NCBI RefSeq assembly: GCF_003010495.1
Contig: NZ_CP027570.1
Span: forward strand, 1,350,001 to 1,382,000
Reading direction: 5' to 3'
Length of the DNA: 32,000 nucleotides
DNA from: Megasphaera elsdenii DSM 20460
GTDB lineage: Bacteria; Bacillota; Negativicutes; Veillonellales; Megasphaeraceae
Under the pieces are notes generated by a model, which worked only from the letters and a program-made list of their open reading frames with translations, had not been told where the DNA came from and searched no databases. Position 1 is the stretch's first letter. The number at the start of each line of letters is the position of its first letter. Below, piece by piece: positions 1 through 9,419 of the stretch. The translations under genes and the position numbers were made by a program.

Positions 1-1638
1 GAACCGCAAAAGCTCAGCCAGATCCATGAAACCATCGTCGGCGATACGGAACCGACGGCCCACGATGTCCAGCCTGCCGCCCCAGTAAAAACGCCGCTGG
101 CGCAGGAAACGGATGTCCTTCGTCATGACATGGACGACCTCAAACCCATCGAAGTCGAAAAGAGCAGCGTCGCCGTCGATACGAGCGAAGAAGGGAGCAG
201 TGCCGTTCCCAAAGCCGCCGGTGAAAAGACGTACCATCTGCCGCCGGTGAGCATGTTGAAACCGGGTCCGCAGCACGCCGTCGGCCTGAGCGATGAAGTC
301 CGGGAAAATGCCCGCATCCTCCAGGAAACGCTGCAGAGCTTCAATATCGACGCCAAGATACTCAATGCCAGCCAGGGGCCGTCCATTACGCGCTATGAAC
401 TGGAACCGGCGGCTGGCGTCAAGGTCAGCAAAATCGTCCATCTCGCCGACGACCTGGCCTTGAAACTGGCTGCGACGGATATCCGTATCGAAGCGCCGAT
501 TCCCGGCAAAGCTGCCGTCGGCATCGAAGTGCCGAACAAGAAGCTGACCGGCGTCAATCTGCGCGACGTCATCGACACGGATACGTTCCGCAAGGCCGCT
601 GGCGGCGTCCCGGTCTGCCTGGGCAAGGATATTGCCGGCAATCCCATCGTCGCCGACCTGACCAAGATGCCTCACCTCCTGGTAGCCGGCTCGACCGGTT
701 CCGGCAAGAGTGTCTGCATCAACACCTTCATCGCCAGCATCCTCTTTAAACAGCGGCCGGAAGACGTCAAGCTCATCCTCATCGATCCGAAGGTCGTCGA
801 ATTATCGAATTACAACGGTATTCCTCACCTGCTGACGCCAGTCGTCACGGATCCGAAGAAAGCCGCCAGCGTCCTGCGCTGGGCTGTCCGGGAAATGGAC
901 GACCGCTACAAGCGCTTCGCCATCACTCATACGCGGGATATTTCCCGGTATAATGAACTCCATCCGGAAGATGCCATGCCTTTCATCGTCATCATCATCG
1001 ACGAATTGGCAGACCTCATGATGACGGCATCGGACGACGTCGAAAAGTCGATCATCCGCCTGGGTCAGAAAGCGCGGGCCTGCGGGATGCACCTCGTCCT
1101 GGCTACACAGCGGCCGTCTGTCGATGTCCTGACCGGCCTCATCAAGGCCAATGTCCCCAGCCGTATCGCCTTTGCCGTTTCCAGCCAGGTCGATTCGCGG
1201 ACCATCCTCGACATGGCCGGTGCCGAAAAACTGATCGGCAAGGGTGACATGCTCTTCTATCCCCTTGGCGCATCCAAGCCGCTCCGCGTCCAAGGGGCCT
1301 TCATTTCTGATTCGGAAATCGATGAGATGGTAGAATTTATCAAAGCCCAGGGCGGTCCTCAGTATGATGAAGCTGTCCAGAAGGCCCAGTCGGAAAATCC
1401 CGAAGACAGCGTCGATTTCTTTGAAGACGACCTCATGCGCCAGGCCATCGACATGGTCCTGGAAACGGGGCAGGCATCGACGTCCATGCTCCAGCGCCGC
1501 TTCCGCGTCGGCTATACGCGGGCAGCCCGCATGATCGACATGATGGAAGCCATGCACATCGTCGGCCCCAATAACGGCAGCAAGCCGCGGGAAATCCTCA
1601 TGACGGCCGATGAGGTCCAGCAGAAGTATTTGAGCTGA
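1..1638 (+). CDS. ftsK: DNA translocase FtsK/SpoIIIE, C-terminal part (5' end lies upstream of the window)
   Basis: Frame 1 is open from nt 1, with no stop before the first Met at 130, so the gene is cut by the window edge. It has Walker A GSTGSGKS (nt 688-711), Walker B-like [10 protein letters not shown], and a C-terminal winged-helix gamma domain ([21 protein letters not shown]). Stop is TGA 1636-1638. Confidence 0.93.
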   Translation, partial: EPQKLSQIHETIVGDTEPTAHDVQPAAPVKTPLAQETDVLRHDMDDLKPIEVEKSSVAVDTSEEGSSAVPKAAGEKTYHLPPVSMLKPGPQHAVGLSDEVRENARILQETLQSFNIDAKILNASQGPSITRYELEPAAGVKVSKIVHLADDLALKLAATDIRIEAPIPGKAAVGIEVPNKKLTGVNLRDVIDTDTFRKAAGGVPVCLGKDIAGNPIVADLTKMPHLLVAGSTGSGKSVCINTFIASILFKQRPEDVKLILIDPKVVELSNYNGIPHLLTPVVTDPKKAASVLRWAVREMDDRYKRFAITHTRDISRYNELHPEDAMPFIVIIIDELADLMMTASDDVEKSIIRLGQKARACGMHLVLATQRPSVDVLTGLIKANVPSRIAFAVSSQVDSRTILDMAGAEKLIGKGDMLFYPLGASKPLRVQGAFISDSEIDEMVEFIKAQGGPQYDEAVQKAQSENPEDSVDFFEDDLMRQAIDMVLETGQASTSMLQRRFRVGYTRAARMIDMMEAMHIVGPNNGSKPREILMTADEVQQKYLS

Positions 1639-1710
1639 CCCCCTGTACCCTTTGCCGTATCTGTTATATAATAAAAGATACGATTATAGAGAGTAGGGAG
1701 AGGAATAACC

Positions 1711-2115
1711 GTGAATGAATCTTCGATTGGCGAAGTATTGCGACTGGCAAGAGAACAACAGGGGCTGACGCTGCAGGATGTGTCTTATGCCCTCAATATA
1801 AAGCGGGAATACCTGGAAGCCCTGGAAAAAGACGAATACGATGCCATCCCCGGTGCCGTCTTCGTCAAAGGTTTCCTCCGCAACTATGGCAATTTCCTGG
1901 AACTGGACGGCGTTGCCCTGGCCCGGGAATATAAGGAAAACGTCGAAGAGCGGACCCCGCAGCCGGAAGTGCGGACTATTATGCCCGTGAAAAAGAAGAA
2001 AATCCGTAAAGATAGTACTAAAAAGAAGAAGCAGCGCCAGGGGAAATGGCCGGAAATCACTATCATTGCCGGTATCATCATTTTCCTGCTGCTCATCATT
2101 TGGATTTTAATTTAA
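1711..2115 (+). CDS. RodZ-like HTH membrane protein (short form: XRE-type HTH, Lys-rich linker, single TM)
   Basis: GTG start sits 7 nt after GGGAGAGG (1696-1703). The N-terminus (LRLAREQQGLTLQDVSYALNIKREYLEALE...FVKGFLRNY) matches the RodZ/HTH_25 pattern. This is followed by KKKKIRKDSTKKKKQRQ and a hydrophobic helix (ITIIAGIIIFLLLIIWILI). Its position upstream of cinA-recA-rny resembles B. subtilis ymfM(rodZ)-pgsA-cinA-recA. Confidence 0.7.
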   Translation: MNESSIGEVLRLAREQQGLTLQDVSYALNIKREYLEALEKDEYDAIPGAVFVKGFLRNYGNFLELDGVALAREYKENVEERTPQPEVRTIMPVKKKKIRKDSTKKKKQRQGKWPEITIIAGIIIFLLLIIWILI

Positions 2116-2127
2116 ATAAGGAGCAAT

Positions 2128-4017
2128 ATGCGCGAGAAATTTTTAGTAACCAGCCGGGAAGACATGGAACGCCGCGGCTGGGACCAACTCGATTTTGTCT
2201 ACATCAATGGCGATGCCTATGTCGATCACCCCGGTTTTGCCGCAGCCCTCATCGGCCGCGTATTGGAAAGCCGGGGCTATCGTGTCGGAATCATTTCCCA
2301 GCCCGACTGGCACAGTGACGAACCGTTCAAGCAATTGGGACGGCCGCGGCTGGCTGCCTTGATTACGGCAGGCAATCTGGATTCCATGCTCAATGAAAAG
2401 ACGGCGGCCAAGAAATTCCGCAGCCACGACAGTTATTCACCCGGCGGAGAAGCCGGCCGTCGGCCGGAACGGGCGACGATTGTCTATGCCAACCGCATGC
2501 GGGAAGCTTATAAAGACGTGCCCATCATCATCGGCGGCATTGAAGCCAGCCTGCGCCGTTTTGCCCACTACGATTATTGGTCCAATAAAGTGCGTCATTC
2601 TATCCTCCTGGACAGTAAGGCTGACATCCTCAGCTATGGTATGGGGGAACATTCCGTAGTCGAAATCGCCGACGCCCTGGCCGAAGGCAAGACGGTCGCT
2701 GAAATGTACGATATCCGCGGTATCTGCTACGTGACCAGCAGGCCGCCCATTTCGGATAAGACCGTCGTCTGCCCGTCCTATGAAGAGGTCAAGGCCGATA
2801 AACTGGCTTTTGCCAGGGCCTTCAAGATGCAGTATGAAGAGCAGGACCCCTTTTACGGCAAGACTCTCATCCAGCCGTCAGAGAACCGCTTCGTCGTCCA
2901 GACGCCGCCGACCCTGCCCTTGACGACGGAAGAGATGGATGCCATTTACGAACTGCCCTTCCAGCGGCGCTGGCATCCCGATTACGATGCCGCCGGCGGC
3001 GTACCGGCTCTCCATGAAGTGCAGTTCAGCCTGACCAGCCAACGCGGCTGTTTCGGCCACTGCCATTTCTGTGCCATCGCCAGCCATCAAGGGCGTATCA
3101 TCCAGCATCGCAGCCATGAATCGCTCGTCCGGGAAACGGAGCGCATGACCCATTTGCCGGGCTTCAAGGGCTATATCCATGACGTCGGCGGCCCGACGGC
3201 GAACTTCCGTCACGTTGCCTGTGCCAAGCAGCTCAAGGACGGCGCCTGCCGCAACCGCCACTGCATCGGCAGTGAGACCTGCCCGAACCTCGATACGTCC
3301 CATGATGATTATGTCAAGCTCTTGCGGGAAATCCGCAGCGTCAAGGGCGTCAAGAAGGTCTTCGTCCGTTCGGGCCTGCGCTATGACTATGTCCTGGCCG
3401 ATCACAACAAGGCCTTCGTCAAGGAACTCTGCCAGTACCACGTCAGCGGTCAGCTGAAAGTGGCTCCGGAACACGTCGTCAAACACGTGACGGACCTCAT
3501 GGGAAAGGCCGACGTCCAGGCTTTCCTGAAGTTCAAGGACTGGTTCGATGAGGCCAACCGGGAACTGGGAAAGAAACAGTACCTCGTCCCGTATTTCATG
3601 TCCAGCCATCCCGGCTGTACCCTGAAGGATGCCGTGGCCCTGGCTGAATTTCTGCGGGACATGCATATGCAGCCGGAACAGGTGCAGGACTTCATCCCGA
3701 CGCCGGGGAGCCTGTCGACGGCCATGTATTATACCGGCCTCAATCCCTTGACGGGGGAAAAGGTCTACGTCGCCCGCCGGCCGGAAGAAAAACAGATGCA
3801 GCGGGCCCTCATGCAGTATAAGAACCCGGCCAATTATGATATTGTCTATAAGGCCCTGTGCCTGGCCGGCCGGCGGGACCTCATCGGTTATGGCCCGAAA
3901 TGCCTTATTGCGCCGCGGCGCCATCAGGCAGGACGGCGGCCTGATAAAGCCGGCCGTCCTGCTGCCCCATCCCGCAGGCAGGGAAGGGGAACGGCTAAGA
4001 CTAGAAAATTCAGGTGA
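2128..4017 (+). CDS. ygiQ: YgiQ-family (UPF0313) radical SAM protein
   Basis: AAGGAG RBS precedes ATG 2128. The N-terminus (FLVTSREDMERRGWDQLDFVYINGDAYVDHPGF) is typical of YgiQ. The radical-SAM cluster motif CFGHCHFC starts at nt 3049. It has the basic Arg/Lys-rich C-terminal tail. Confidence 0.88.
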   Translation: MREKFLVTSREDMERRGWDQLDFVYINGDAYVDHPGFAAALIGRVLESRGYRVGIISQPDWHSDEPFKQLGRPRLAALITAGNLDSMLNEKTAAKKFRSHDSYSPGGEAGRRPERATIVYANRMREAYKDVPIIIGGIEASLRRFAHYDYWSNKVRHSILLDSKADILSYGMGEHSVVEIADALAEGKTVAEMYDIRGICYVTSRPPISDKTVVCPSYEEVKADKLAFARAFKMQYEEQDPFYGKTLIQPSENRFVVQTPPTLPLTTEEMDAIYELPFQRRWHPDYDAAGGVPALHEVQFSLTSQRGCFGHCHFCAIASHQGRIIQHRSHESLVRETERMTHLPGFKGYIHDVGGPTANFRHVACAKQLKDGACRNRHCIGSETCPNLDTSHDDYVKLLREIRSVKGVKKVFVRSGLRYDYVLADHNKAFVKELCQYHVSGQLKVAPEHVVKHVTDLMGKADVQAFLKFKDWFDEANRELGKKQYLVPYFMSSHPGCTLKDAVALAEFLRDMHMQPEQVQDFIPTPGSLSTAMYYTGLNPLTGEKVYVARRPEEKQMQRALMQYKNPANYDIVYKALCLAGRRDLIGYGPKCLIAPRRHQAGRRPDKAGRPAAPSRRQGRGTAKTRKFR

Positions 4018-4022
4018 ATCTA

Positions 4023-5066
4023 ATGAAGAAATTCGTGCCTTTTATTGTCCTCAGCCTTTTCGTCATCCTGCTCCTCAGCTTGTGCGGCCCGATTTTGACG
4101 AAGCGCCAGCAGGAAGAGGCTCAGCGGGCTTATGAAGCGGAACGCCATCTCGTCGTCTTTTCCGACCTGCCTCAGGATGTCAACGACGGACTGGCTCAGC
4201 TTTTTTATGAACAGAAACATCTGCGCGTCCAGATTTATTCCAAGAGCGACGGCGATATCCGCCAGGCCCTGAAAACGGACAGCGGCGTCAAGCCGGATAT
4301 CCTCATCGTGTCGGAAGACAATCTGCGGGAACAGAAGAAAAACGGCATCCTCCAGCCCTATGCGTCGCCCGTCACCGATAAGGTGCTGCCGTCCATGAAG
4401 GACCCGGAACAGCTGTGGAATGGCCTGTGGTATAACCCGATGGTCTTCATCGTCAGCCAGTCTTATTATGAACGGCGGGGCATGCAGATCCGCACCTGGG
4501 ACGACCTCCTGACGGATCCCGAAATGGTCCTGGCCTTCCCGGACCTGGCGTCTATGGACATGGCCGGCGAATTTCTCTGTTCTTTCGTAGAAATGAGAGG
4601 CATTGAAGACAGTGAACGCTACCTGCGCTCCCTCCAGGGCCATGTAGCGTCCTATTCGAAATCGATGTCGGCCAACGTCCGCCGCGTAGCCAGCGGCGAA
4701 GCTGATATGGGCGTAGCCGACGCCGCCGTCGCCCGGCAGTACCGCCATGACGGGGCGCCTATCTATATTCTCTATCCCCGGGACGGCACGTCATATTGGC
4801 TGACCGGGGTGGCCGTTACCAACTGGTGCGAAGACGGTGAATTGACGAATGCCTTCATCGACTGGCTCTATTCGTCCAATGCCAATGCCGTCTTGTGGCA
4901 AAAACACATTTTTTTGAGCGATGCCCTGCCGCCGGCTAAGGCGGAAGTCGATGCCAAAGGCCAGGAAATCGCTTTATTCCCCGTAAAAAAACAATATTCT
5001 GATCAAGGCCGCCGCGATTTGCAGGCCTGGTGGATCAAATCAGTTCGCTTCGGAAAGGAAAAGTAA
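4023..5066 (+). CDS. Extracellular solute-binding protein (family-1 ABC-type, Fe3+/thiamine/polyamine-like), with no cognate permease or ATPase nearby
   Basis: ATG 4023 lies 6 nt after AGGTGA; the track's GTG 4014 has no RBS. The N-terminal signal/anchor is MKKFVPFIVLSLFVILLLSLCG, with a possible non-canonical lipobox LSLC. The body has the periplasmic-binding-protein type 2 pattern (DILIVSEDNL..., WYNPMVFIVS, YWLTGVAV). The family call is from pattern recognition only. Confidence 0.6.
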   Translation: MKKFVPFIVLSLFVILLLSLCGPILTKRQQEEAQRAYEAERHLVVFSDLPQDVNDGLAQLFYEQKHLRVQIYSKSDGDIRQALKTDSGVKPDILIVSEDNLREQKKNGILQPYASPVTDKVLPSMKDPEQLWNGLWYNPMVFIVSQSYYERRGMQIRTWDDLLTDPEMVLAFPDLASMDMAGEFLCSFVEMRGIEDSERYLRSLQGHVASYSKSMSANVRRVASGEADMGVADAAVARQYRHDGAPIYILYPRDGTSYWLTGVAVTNWCEDGELTNAFIDWLYSSNANAVLWQKHIFLSDALPPAKAEVDAKGQEIALFPVKKQYSDQGRRDLQAWWIKSVRFGKEK

Positions 5067-5072
5067 AGATAC

Positions 5073-6407
5073 ATGGAAAAAATCGGATTTGTCAGCTTAG
5101 GCTGCTCCAAAAACCTTATTGATACGGAAGTCATGCTGGGCATCCTTCGTGACCGCCATATGGAGATTACGGAAGACCTGTCCCAGGCGGATATCATCAT
5201 CGTCAATACGTGTACGTTCATTGAAAAAGCCAAGCAGGAATCCATTGATACGATATTGCAGGCCGCCCGCTACAAGACAGAAGGGAAATGTAAGATCCTC
5301 ATCGTCACGGGCTGCCTGAGCCAGCAGTACAAACAGGACCTGATGAAAGAAATGCCGGAAATCGATGCCTTGTTGGGGACCGGTTCGTGGGACCGCATCT
5401 GGGAAGCCATCGATACGGTCAAGAAAGGCCGCAAAGCCTGCTACATGGATGACGTCAGTCATCTCTATAACCAGAATACGAGCCGCCTGCGGACGACGCC
5501 GAAATACAGTGCCTATGTCAAAATCGGCGAAGGCTGCAACAACGGCTGCTCTTTCTGCATCATCCCCCATGTACGGGGCAAGCTGTACAGCCGTCCTGTC
5601 GACTCTGTCGTAGCCGAAGTACAGCAGCTGGCTGCTGACGGCGTCAAAGAAATCAACCTTATCGCCCAGGATACGACGAGTTATGGCGTCGACCTGGCCG
5701 GGCACTCCCTGCTGCCGGAATTGCTGCGCCAGCTGGTGAAAATCGATGGCATCCGCTGGATCCGCCTGTTCTATCTCTATCCCCATTACTTTACGGACGA
5801 ATTGATGGATCTCATCGTCAAGGAAGAAAAAATCTGTCCCTATGTCGATCTGCCGCTCCAGCATATTTCCCAGACCGTCCTGCAGCGCATGAACCGGCGC
5901 GATTCGGAAGAGGATGTGCGCCGTCTCATGAAGAAGCTCTGCAGCCACGGCCGCAAGCTGACCCTGCGTTCGACGTTCATCGTCGGCTTCCCCGGCGAAA
6001 CGGAAGAAGAATTTCAGGAACTCTGTAAATTTGTCAAGGAAACGGAATTTGACGACGTCGGCGTCTTCACTTATTCTCAGGAAGACGGGACGCCGGCCGC
6101 CCTTATGGACGATCAGATACCGGAAGAAGTCAAGGAAGAACGGTATCACCAGCTCATGGCCATCCAGGCAAAGGTATCGGAAATCCGCAACCAGGAACTG
6201 GAAGGCTCTGTCCATACGATGCTCGTCGAAAAAGTAGAAGAAGAAAAGGGTATCCGTCAGGCCGTCGGGCGCATTGAAATCCAGGCTCCCGATGTCGATG
6301 GCCTGACCTATCTGGAAGATGCCCAGGGCGTGCAGCCAGGCGATATGATTCCCGTCCGCATTGCCCAGGGCTTTGCTTACGATCTCGTAGCCGAACGGAT
6401 CGATTAA
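5073..6407 (+). CDS. rimO: Ribosomal protein S12 (D88) methylthiotransferase RimO
   Basis: N-terminal UPF0004 domain (IGFVSLGCSKNLIDTE). Radical SAM motif GCNNGCSFCIIP. C-terminal TRAM domain. Length is 444 aa. Confidence 0.9.
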   Translation: MEKIGFVSLGCSKNLIDTEVMLGILRDRHMEITEDLSQADIIIVNTCTFIEKAKQESIDTILQAARYKTEGKCKILIVTGCLSQQYKQDLMKEMPEIDALLGTGSWDRIWEAIDTVKKGRKACYMDDVSHLYNQNTSRLRTTPKYSAYVKIGEGCNNGCSFCIIPHVRGKLYSRPVDSVVAEVQQLAADGVKEINLIAQDTTSYGVDLAGHSLLPELLRQLVKIDGIRWIRLFYLYPHYFTDELMDLIVKEEKICPYVDLPLQHISQTVLQRMNRRDSEEDVRRLMKKLCSHGRKLTLRSTFIVGFPGETEEEFQELCKFVKETEFDDVGVFTYSQEDGTPAALMDDQIPEEVKEERYHQLMAIQAKVSEIRNQELEGSVHTMLVEKVEEEKGIRQAVGRIEIQAPDVDGLTYLEDAQGVQPGDMIPVRIAQGFAYDLVAERID

Positions 6408-6422
6408 CCGAGGTGATGGCGT

Positions 6423-7682
6423 ATGTTAGTGGAATTGGTTACGACAGGTTCCGAATTGTTATTAGGTGAAATTACCAATTATAATTCCGCTTACTTATCG
6501 AAGAAACTCAATGAAATAGGCTATTCTGTCATTTATCATACGACTGTCGGCGACAACCCGCAGCGCATGGAAGAAGCGCTGAAAGTGGCTCTGTCCCGCG
6601 TCGACCTGGTCATCACGACGGGCGGTCTCGGACCGACCCAGGGCGACATGACCAAAATCATCGGCGCCCGCCTCATGGGGATGCCCCTCGTCTATGACGA
6701 CGCTATTGCCGAGTCGGTCCGCCAATGGGTCTGCATCCATCATGGCGGCGCGGCCATGACCGAGAACCAGAAGCGCCAGGCCATGGTCCCGCAAGGAGCG
6801 GTACTCTTCGATAACGGCGCCGGGACGGCACCGGGCGTGGCCATGCAGCAAGGCGGCAAGACCCTGGTCCACCTGCCGGGGCCGCCGACAGAGATGCGCT
6901 GGATGTATGAAAACCGTCTGAAGCCGTGGCTGCTCCAGACCTTTGGCAGCCAGGGATGCATCGCTTCGCGGTACATCAAGATTTACGACTTGGGCGAAGC
7001 TTTTATTGAAGAACAGCTCATGGATCTGGTCCAGGGGCAATCGAACCCGACCTTGGCCATGTATGCCCGGCCGGGCTTCGTCGAAGTCCGCCTGACAGCC
7101 CGGGCTGACCGCGAAGACCAGGCCCGGGAATTGCTGGCTCCCTTGGAACAGGAAGTCCGCCGCCGGCTGGCCGGACAGATCGTCACCTTTGATGACGACA
7201 CGATGGCCCATGTCCTGGGGAACATCGTCCGTCAGGGCGGCTATTCCGTCAGTGCTGCCGAATCGTGTACGGGCGGACTCGTCGGTTCGCTCATCACCGA
7301 TGTCCCTGGCGCTTCCGATTATTTCCGCGGTTCTGCCGGGACGTACTGCAATGAGATGAAAGAAAAGATACTCGGCGTTTCGCATGATACGCTGGAAACG
7401 TATACGGCTGTCAGTGCCCAGACGGCGGCCGAAATGGCCGATGGCAGCCGGCGCCTGTATGGGACGGATCTGGCCGTCAGTACGACGGGTATCGCCGGTC
7501 CCGGCGGAGGTACGCCGGATCAGCCCGTCGGCCTGGTCTATACGGGCATCAGCGGCCCCTGGGGGACCGTGACCCACCGCGACGTCTATCACGGCGGCCG
7601 GGCCGAAGTCAAACGGCGGGCTGCCCTGCGGGCCATCTATTATTTAGTACACTATGTAGTGAATCATACAAAGAAAGCCTAG
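6423..7682 (+). CDS. cinA: Competence/damage-inducible protein CinA (MoCF-like domain plus PncC NMN deamidase domain)
   Basis: GAGGTG RBS lies 6 nt upstream. It has LVITTGGLGPTQGD in the N-terminal domain and AAESCTGGLVGS in the C-terminal PncC domain. It sits in the classical position upstream of recA. Confidence 0.9.
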   Translation: MLVELVTTGSELLLGEITNYNSAYLSKKLNEIGYSVIYHTTVGDNPQRMEEALKVALSRVDLVITTGGLGPTQGDMTKIIGARLMGMPLVYDDAIAESVRQWVCIHHGGAAMTENQKRQAMVPQGAVLFDNGAGTAPGVAMQQGGKTLVHLPGPPTEMRWMYENRLKPWLLQTFGSQGCIASRYIKIYDLGEAFIEEQLMDLVQGQSNPTLAMYARPGFVEVRLTARADREDQARELLAPLEQEVRRRLAGQIVTFDDDTMAHVLGNIVRQGGYSVSAAESCTGGLVGSLITDVPGASDYFRGSAGTYCNEMKEKILGVSHDTLETYTAVSAQTAAEMADGSRRLYGTDLAVSTTGIAGPGGGTPDQPVGLVYTGISGPWGTVTHRDVYHGGRAEVKRRAALRAIYYLVHYVVNHTKKA

Positions 7683-7691
7683 TTAGGAGGA

Positions 7692-8774
7692 ATGAAGTTG
7701 GACGCAAAACAGACAGCACTTGAAAATGCAATGCGCAAGATTGAAAAGGATTTTGGCAAAGGTGCCATCATGCGCCTGGGAGACATTGCCGACAAGATGA
7801 ATCTGGAAGTCATCTCTTCCGGTTCCCTGGCCGTCGACCTGGCCGTCGGCGTCGGCGGCTATCCCCGGGGCCGCGTCATCGAAATCTACGGCCCTGAATC
7901 ATCAGGCAAGACGACCCTGGCCCTGCATGCCATCGCTTCGGCCCAGAAGAGCGGCGGCATTGCCGCTTTCATCGATGCCGAACACGCCCTGGATCCGGTC
8001 TATGCCCGCCACCTCGGCGTCGACACGAATGAACTGCTCATTTCCCAGCCGGATAATGGCGAACAAGCCCTGGAAATCACGGAAGAACTCGTCCGCAGCG
8101 GCGCTGTCGACATCATCGTCGTCGACTCCGTAGCCGCCCTGGTCCCGAAAGCGGAAATCGAAGGGGAAATGGGCGATTCCCATGTTGGCCTCCAGGCCCG
8201 TCTCATGAGTCAGGCCCTGCGCAAACTGACAGGCATCATTTCCAAGTCCAAGGCCATTGTCATCTTCATCAACCAGCTGCGTGAAAAAGTCGGCGTCATG
8301 TTCGGCAATCCCGAAACGACGACAGGCGGCCGGGCTCTGAAGTTCTACGCGTCGATCCGCATGGAAATCCGCAAGGGCGAAGCCATCAAATCCGGTGGCG
8401 ACGTCATCGGCAACCGGGCGCGGGTCAAAGTCGTCAAGAATAAAGTGGCACCGCCTTTCAAACACTGCGAATTCGACATCATGTACGGCACGGGGATTTC
8501 CCGCGAAGGCACCGTCCTCGACCTGGGCACGTCCATGGATATCATCGAAAAGAGCGGCACCTGGTATTCTTATAAAGGCGAACGCCTGGGCCAGGGCAAG
8601 GAAAACGTCAAGATATTCATGAAGGAACATCCTGAAATCACAGACGAAGTCGAAAAGATCATCCGCGATACGCTGGCAGCGGAACCGGAAAAATTCGACG
8701 AAGCCATGGAAGAAGAGGATACGGCAGCACTGGAAACGCCGGATACGCCGGCAGCCGGCAGCGACGAAGCGTAA
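7692..8774 (+). CDS. recA: Recombinase RecA
   Basis: Walker [10 protein letters not shown] starts at nt 7890. L1/L2 regions and the [22 protein letters not shown] motif are present, with an acidic C-terminal tail. The start is ambiguous: ATG 7692 is only 1 nt after GGAGG (7686-7690), while in-frame TTG 7698 has an ideal 7-nt spacing. Confidence 0.95.
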   Translation: MKLDAKQTALENAMRKIEKDFGKGAIMRLGDIADKMNLEVISSGSLAVDLAVGVGGYPRGRVIEIYGPESSGKTTLALHAIASAQKSGGIAAFIDAEHALDPVYARHLGVDTNELLISQPDNGEQALEITEELVRSGAVDIIVVDSVAALVPKAEIEGEMGDSHVGLQARLMSQALRKLTGIISKSKAIVIFINQLREKVGVMFGNPETTTGGRALKFYASIRMEIRKGEAIKSGGDVIGNRARVKVVKNKVAPPFKHCEFDIMYGTGISREGTVLDLGTSMDIIEKSGTWYSYKGERLGQGKENVKIFMKEHPEITDEVEKIIRDTLAAEPEKFDEAMEEEDTAALETPDTPAAGSDEA

Positions 8775-9218
8775 ATGGAGTACCGCGAAGCCTATGAAAA
8801 GGCCTTGCAGCTCCTGAATGTCCGCTTTCTCAGCGAAAGGGAACTGCGGGACAAGCTGCGCCGCCGCGGTGCTGCTGAGGCCGTCCTGGACGAAGTCGTC
8901 GCCGCCCTGAAGGAAGAACATTTCCTCGACGACCAGCGCCTGGCCGGCGACGTGTACCGCTATTATGCCCGCAAAGGGCAGTACGGCCACCTGTACATCG
9001 CCAACCGCCTGCGCCGCCGCGGCCTGCCCGTACCGGAAGACATCGAGCGGCCTGATGAGTACGCCCTGGCTCAGGCCCTGGCAGGGCGGAAATTTTCCTA
9101 TCGTGCCGATGAAGCCCGCAAGGCAGCCCGCTTTTTGCAGTACCGCGGCTTTTCGCCGTCTGTCATAGGGGACATCCTGGAAGACTTCACCGGTGGCGAT
9201 GAAGAGGACGATGGGTGA
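8775..9218 (+). CDS. recX: RecA regulator RecX
   Basis: The ATG directly abuts the recA TAA stop (TAAATG). The 147-aa helical-repeat protein has RecX-like segments (LSERELRDKLRRRG, YIANRLRRRGL, FLQYRGFS). Confidence 0.82.
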   Translation: MEYREAYEKALQLLNVRFLSERELRDKLRRRGAAEAVLDEVVAALKEEHFLDDQRLAGDVYRYYARKGQYGHLYIANRLRRRGLPVPEDIERPDEYALAQALAGRKFSYRADEARKAARFLQYRGFSPSVIGDILEDFTGGDEEDDG

Positions 9219-9248
9219 TTACAAGGTGCCGGAAACGTCAAGTCTATC

Positions 9249-9277
9249 TTGACATTGATATAAAAAAAATTTACAAT
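9249..9277 (+). promoter_or_regulatory. Near-consensus sigma-A/sigma70 promoter P1 (TTGACA-17 nt-TACAAT)
   Basis: TTGACA is at 9249-9254, the spacer is exactly 17 nt and A-rich, and TACAAT is at 9272-9277. It sits in the AT-rich recX-rny spacer. Confidence 0.6.
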
Positions 9278-9290
9278 TAAGAGAGCCGGT

Positions 9291-9319
9291 TTGATATACT
9301 GGTCTATATTTTGCATAAT
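9291..9319 (+). promoter_or_regulatory. Second candidate promoter P2 (TTGATA-17 nt-CATAAT)
   Basis: TTGATA is at 9291-9296, the spacer is 17 nt, and CATAAT is at 9314-9319. It can also be read as TGC+ATAATT, an extended -10-like element. Confidence 0.45.
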
Positions 9320-9359
9320 TGTAGGTTTTTTGAACATGAAGTAAATTTTACATACTCAT

Positions 9360-9393
9360 AAAAAAAGCCGGACTGGGAGTTCGGCTTTTTTTT
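9360..9393 (+). terminator. Rho-independent terminator between recX and rny
   Basis: A-run 9360-9366. The stem is AGCCGGAC (9366-9373) paired with GTTCGGCT (9379-9386), 8 bp including one G-U. The loop is TGGGA. It is followed by 8 T (9386-9393). Confidence 0.8.
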
Positions 9394-9419
9394 GTGAAAG
9401 GGGAGGTGAATCCATTACT

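Noticed and set aside
6300-7700. A LexA/Cheo-type SOS box (GAAC-N4-GTTC) upstream of cinA or recA.
   Set aside because: By eye I found no GAAC-N4-GTTC or close variant in the 120 nt upstream of cinA or in the AT-rich cinA 3' end preceding recA. GTACACTATGTAG at about 7650 is only a superficial resemblance. The lineage-specific LexA motif is unknown to me, so absence is not proven.
2878-8990. Further long minus-strand ORFs at 2878-3924, 5097-6215, 6495-7592 and 7902-8990. Similar ones lie at 16574-17953 and 22493-23665.
   Set aside because: Each is fully nested antisense to a confidently identified gene: ygiQ, rimO, cinA, recA/recX, ispH::S1 and larB/larC-Cterm. The products show compositional bias and no conserved motifs.
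9335-9343. A mini-ORF, ATG AAG TAA, in the recX-rny leader as a possible attenuation peptide.
   Set aside because: It has only two sense codons, no SD upstream and no obvious coupling to the terminator, so it is most likely chance in AT-rich sequence.
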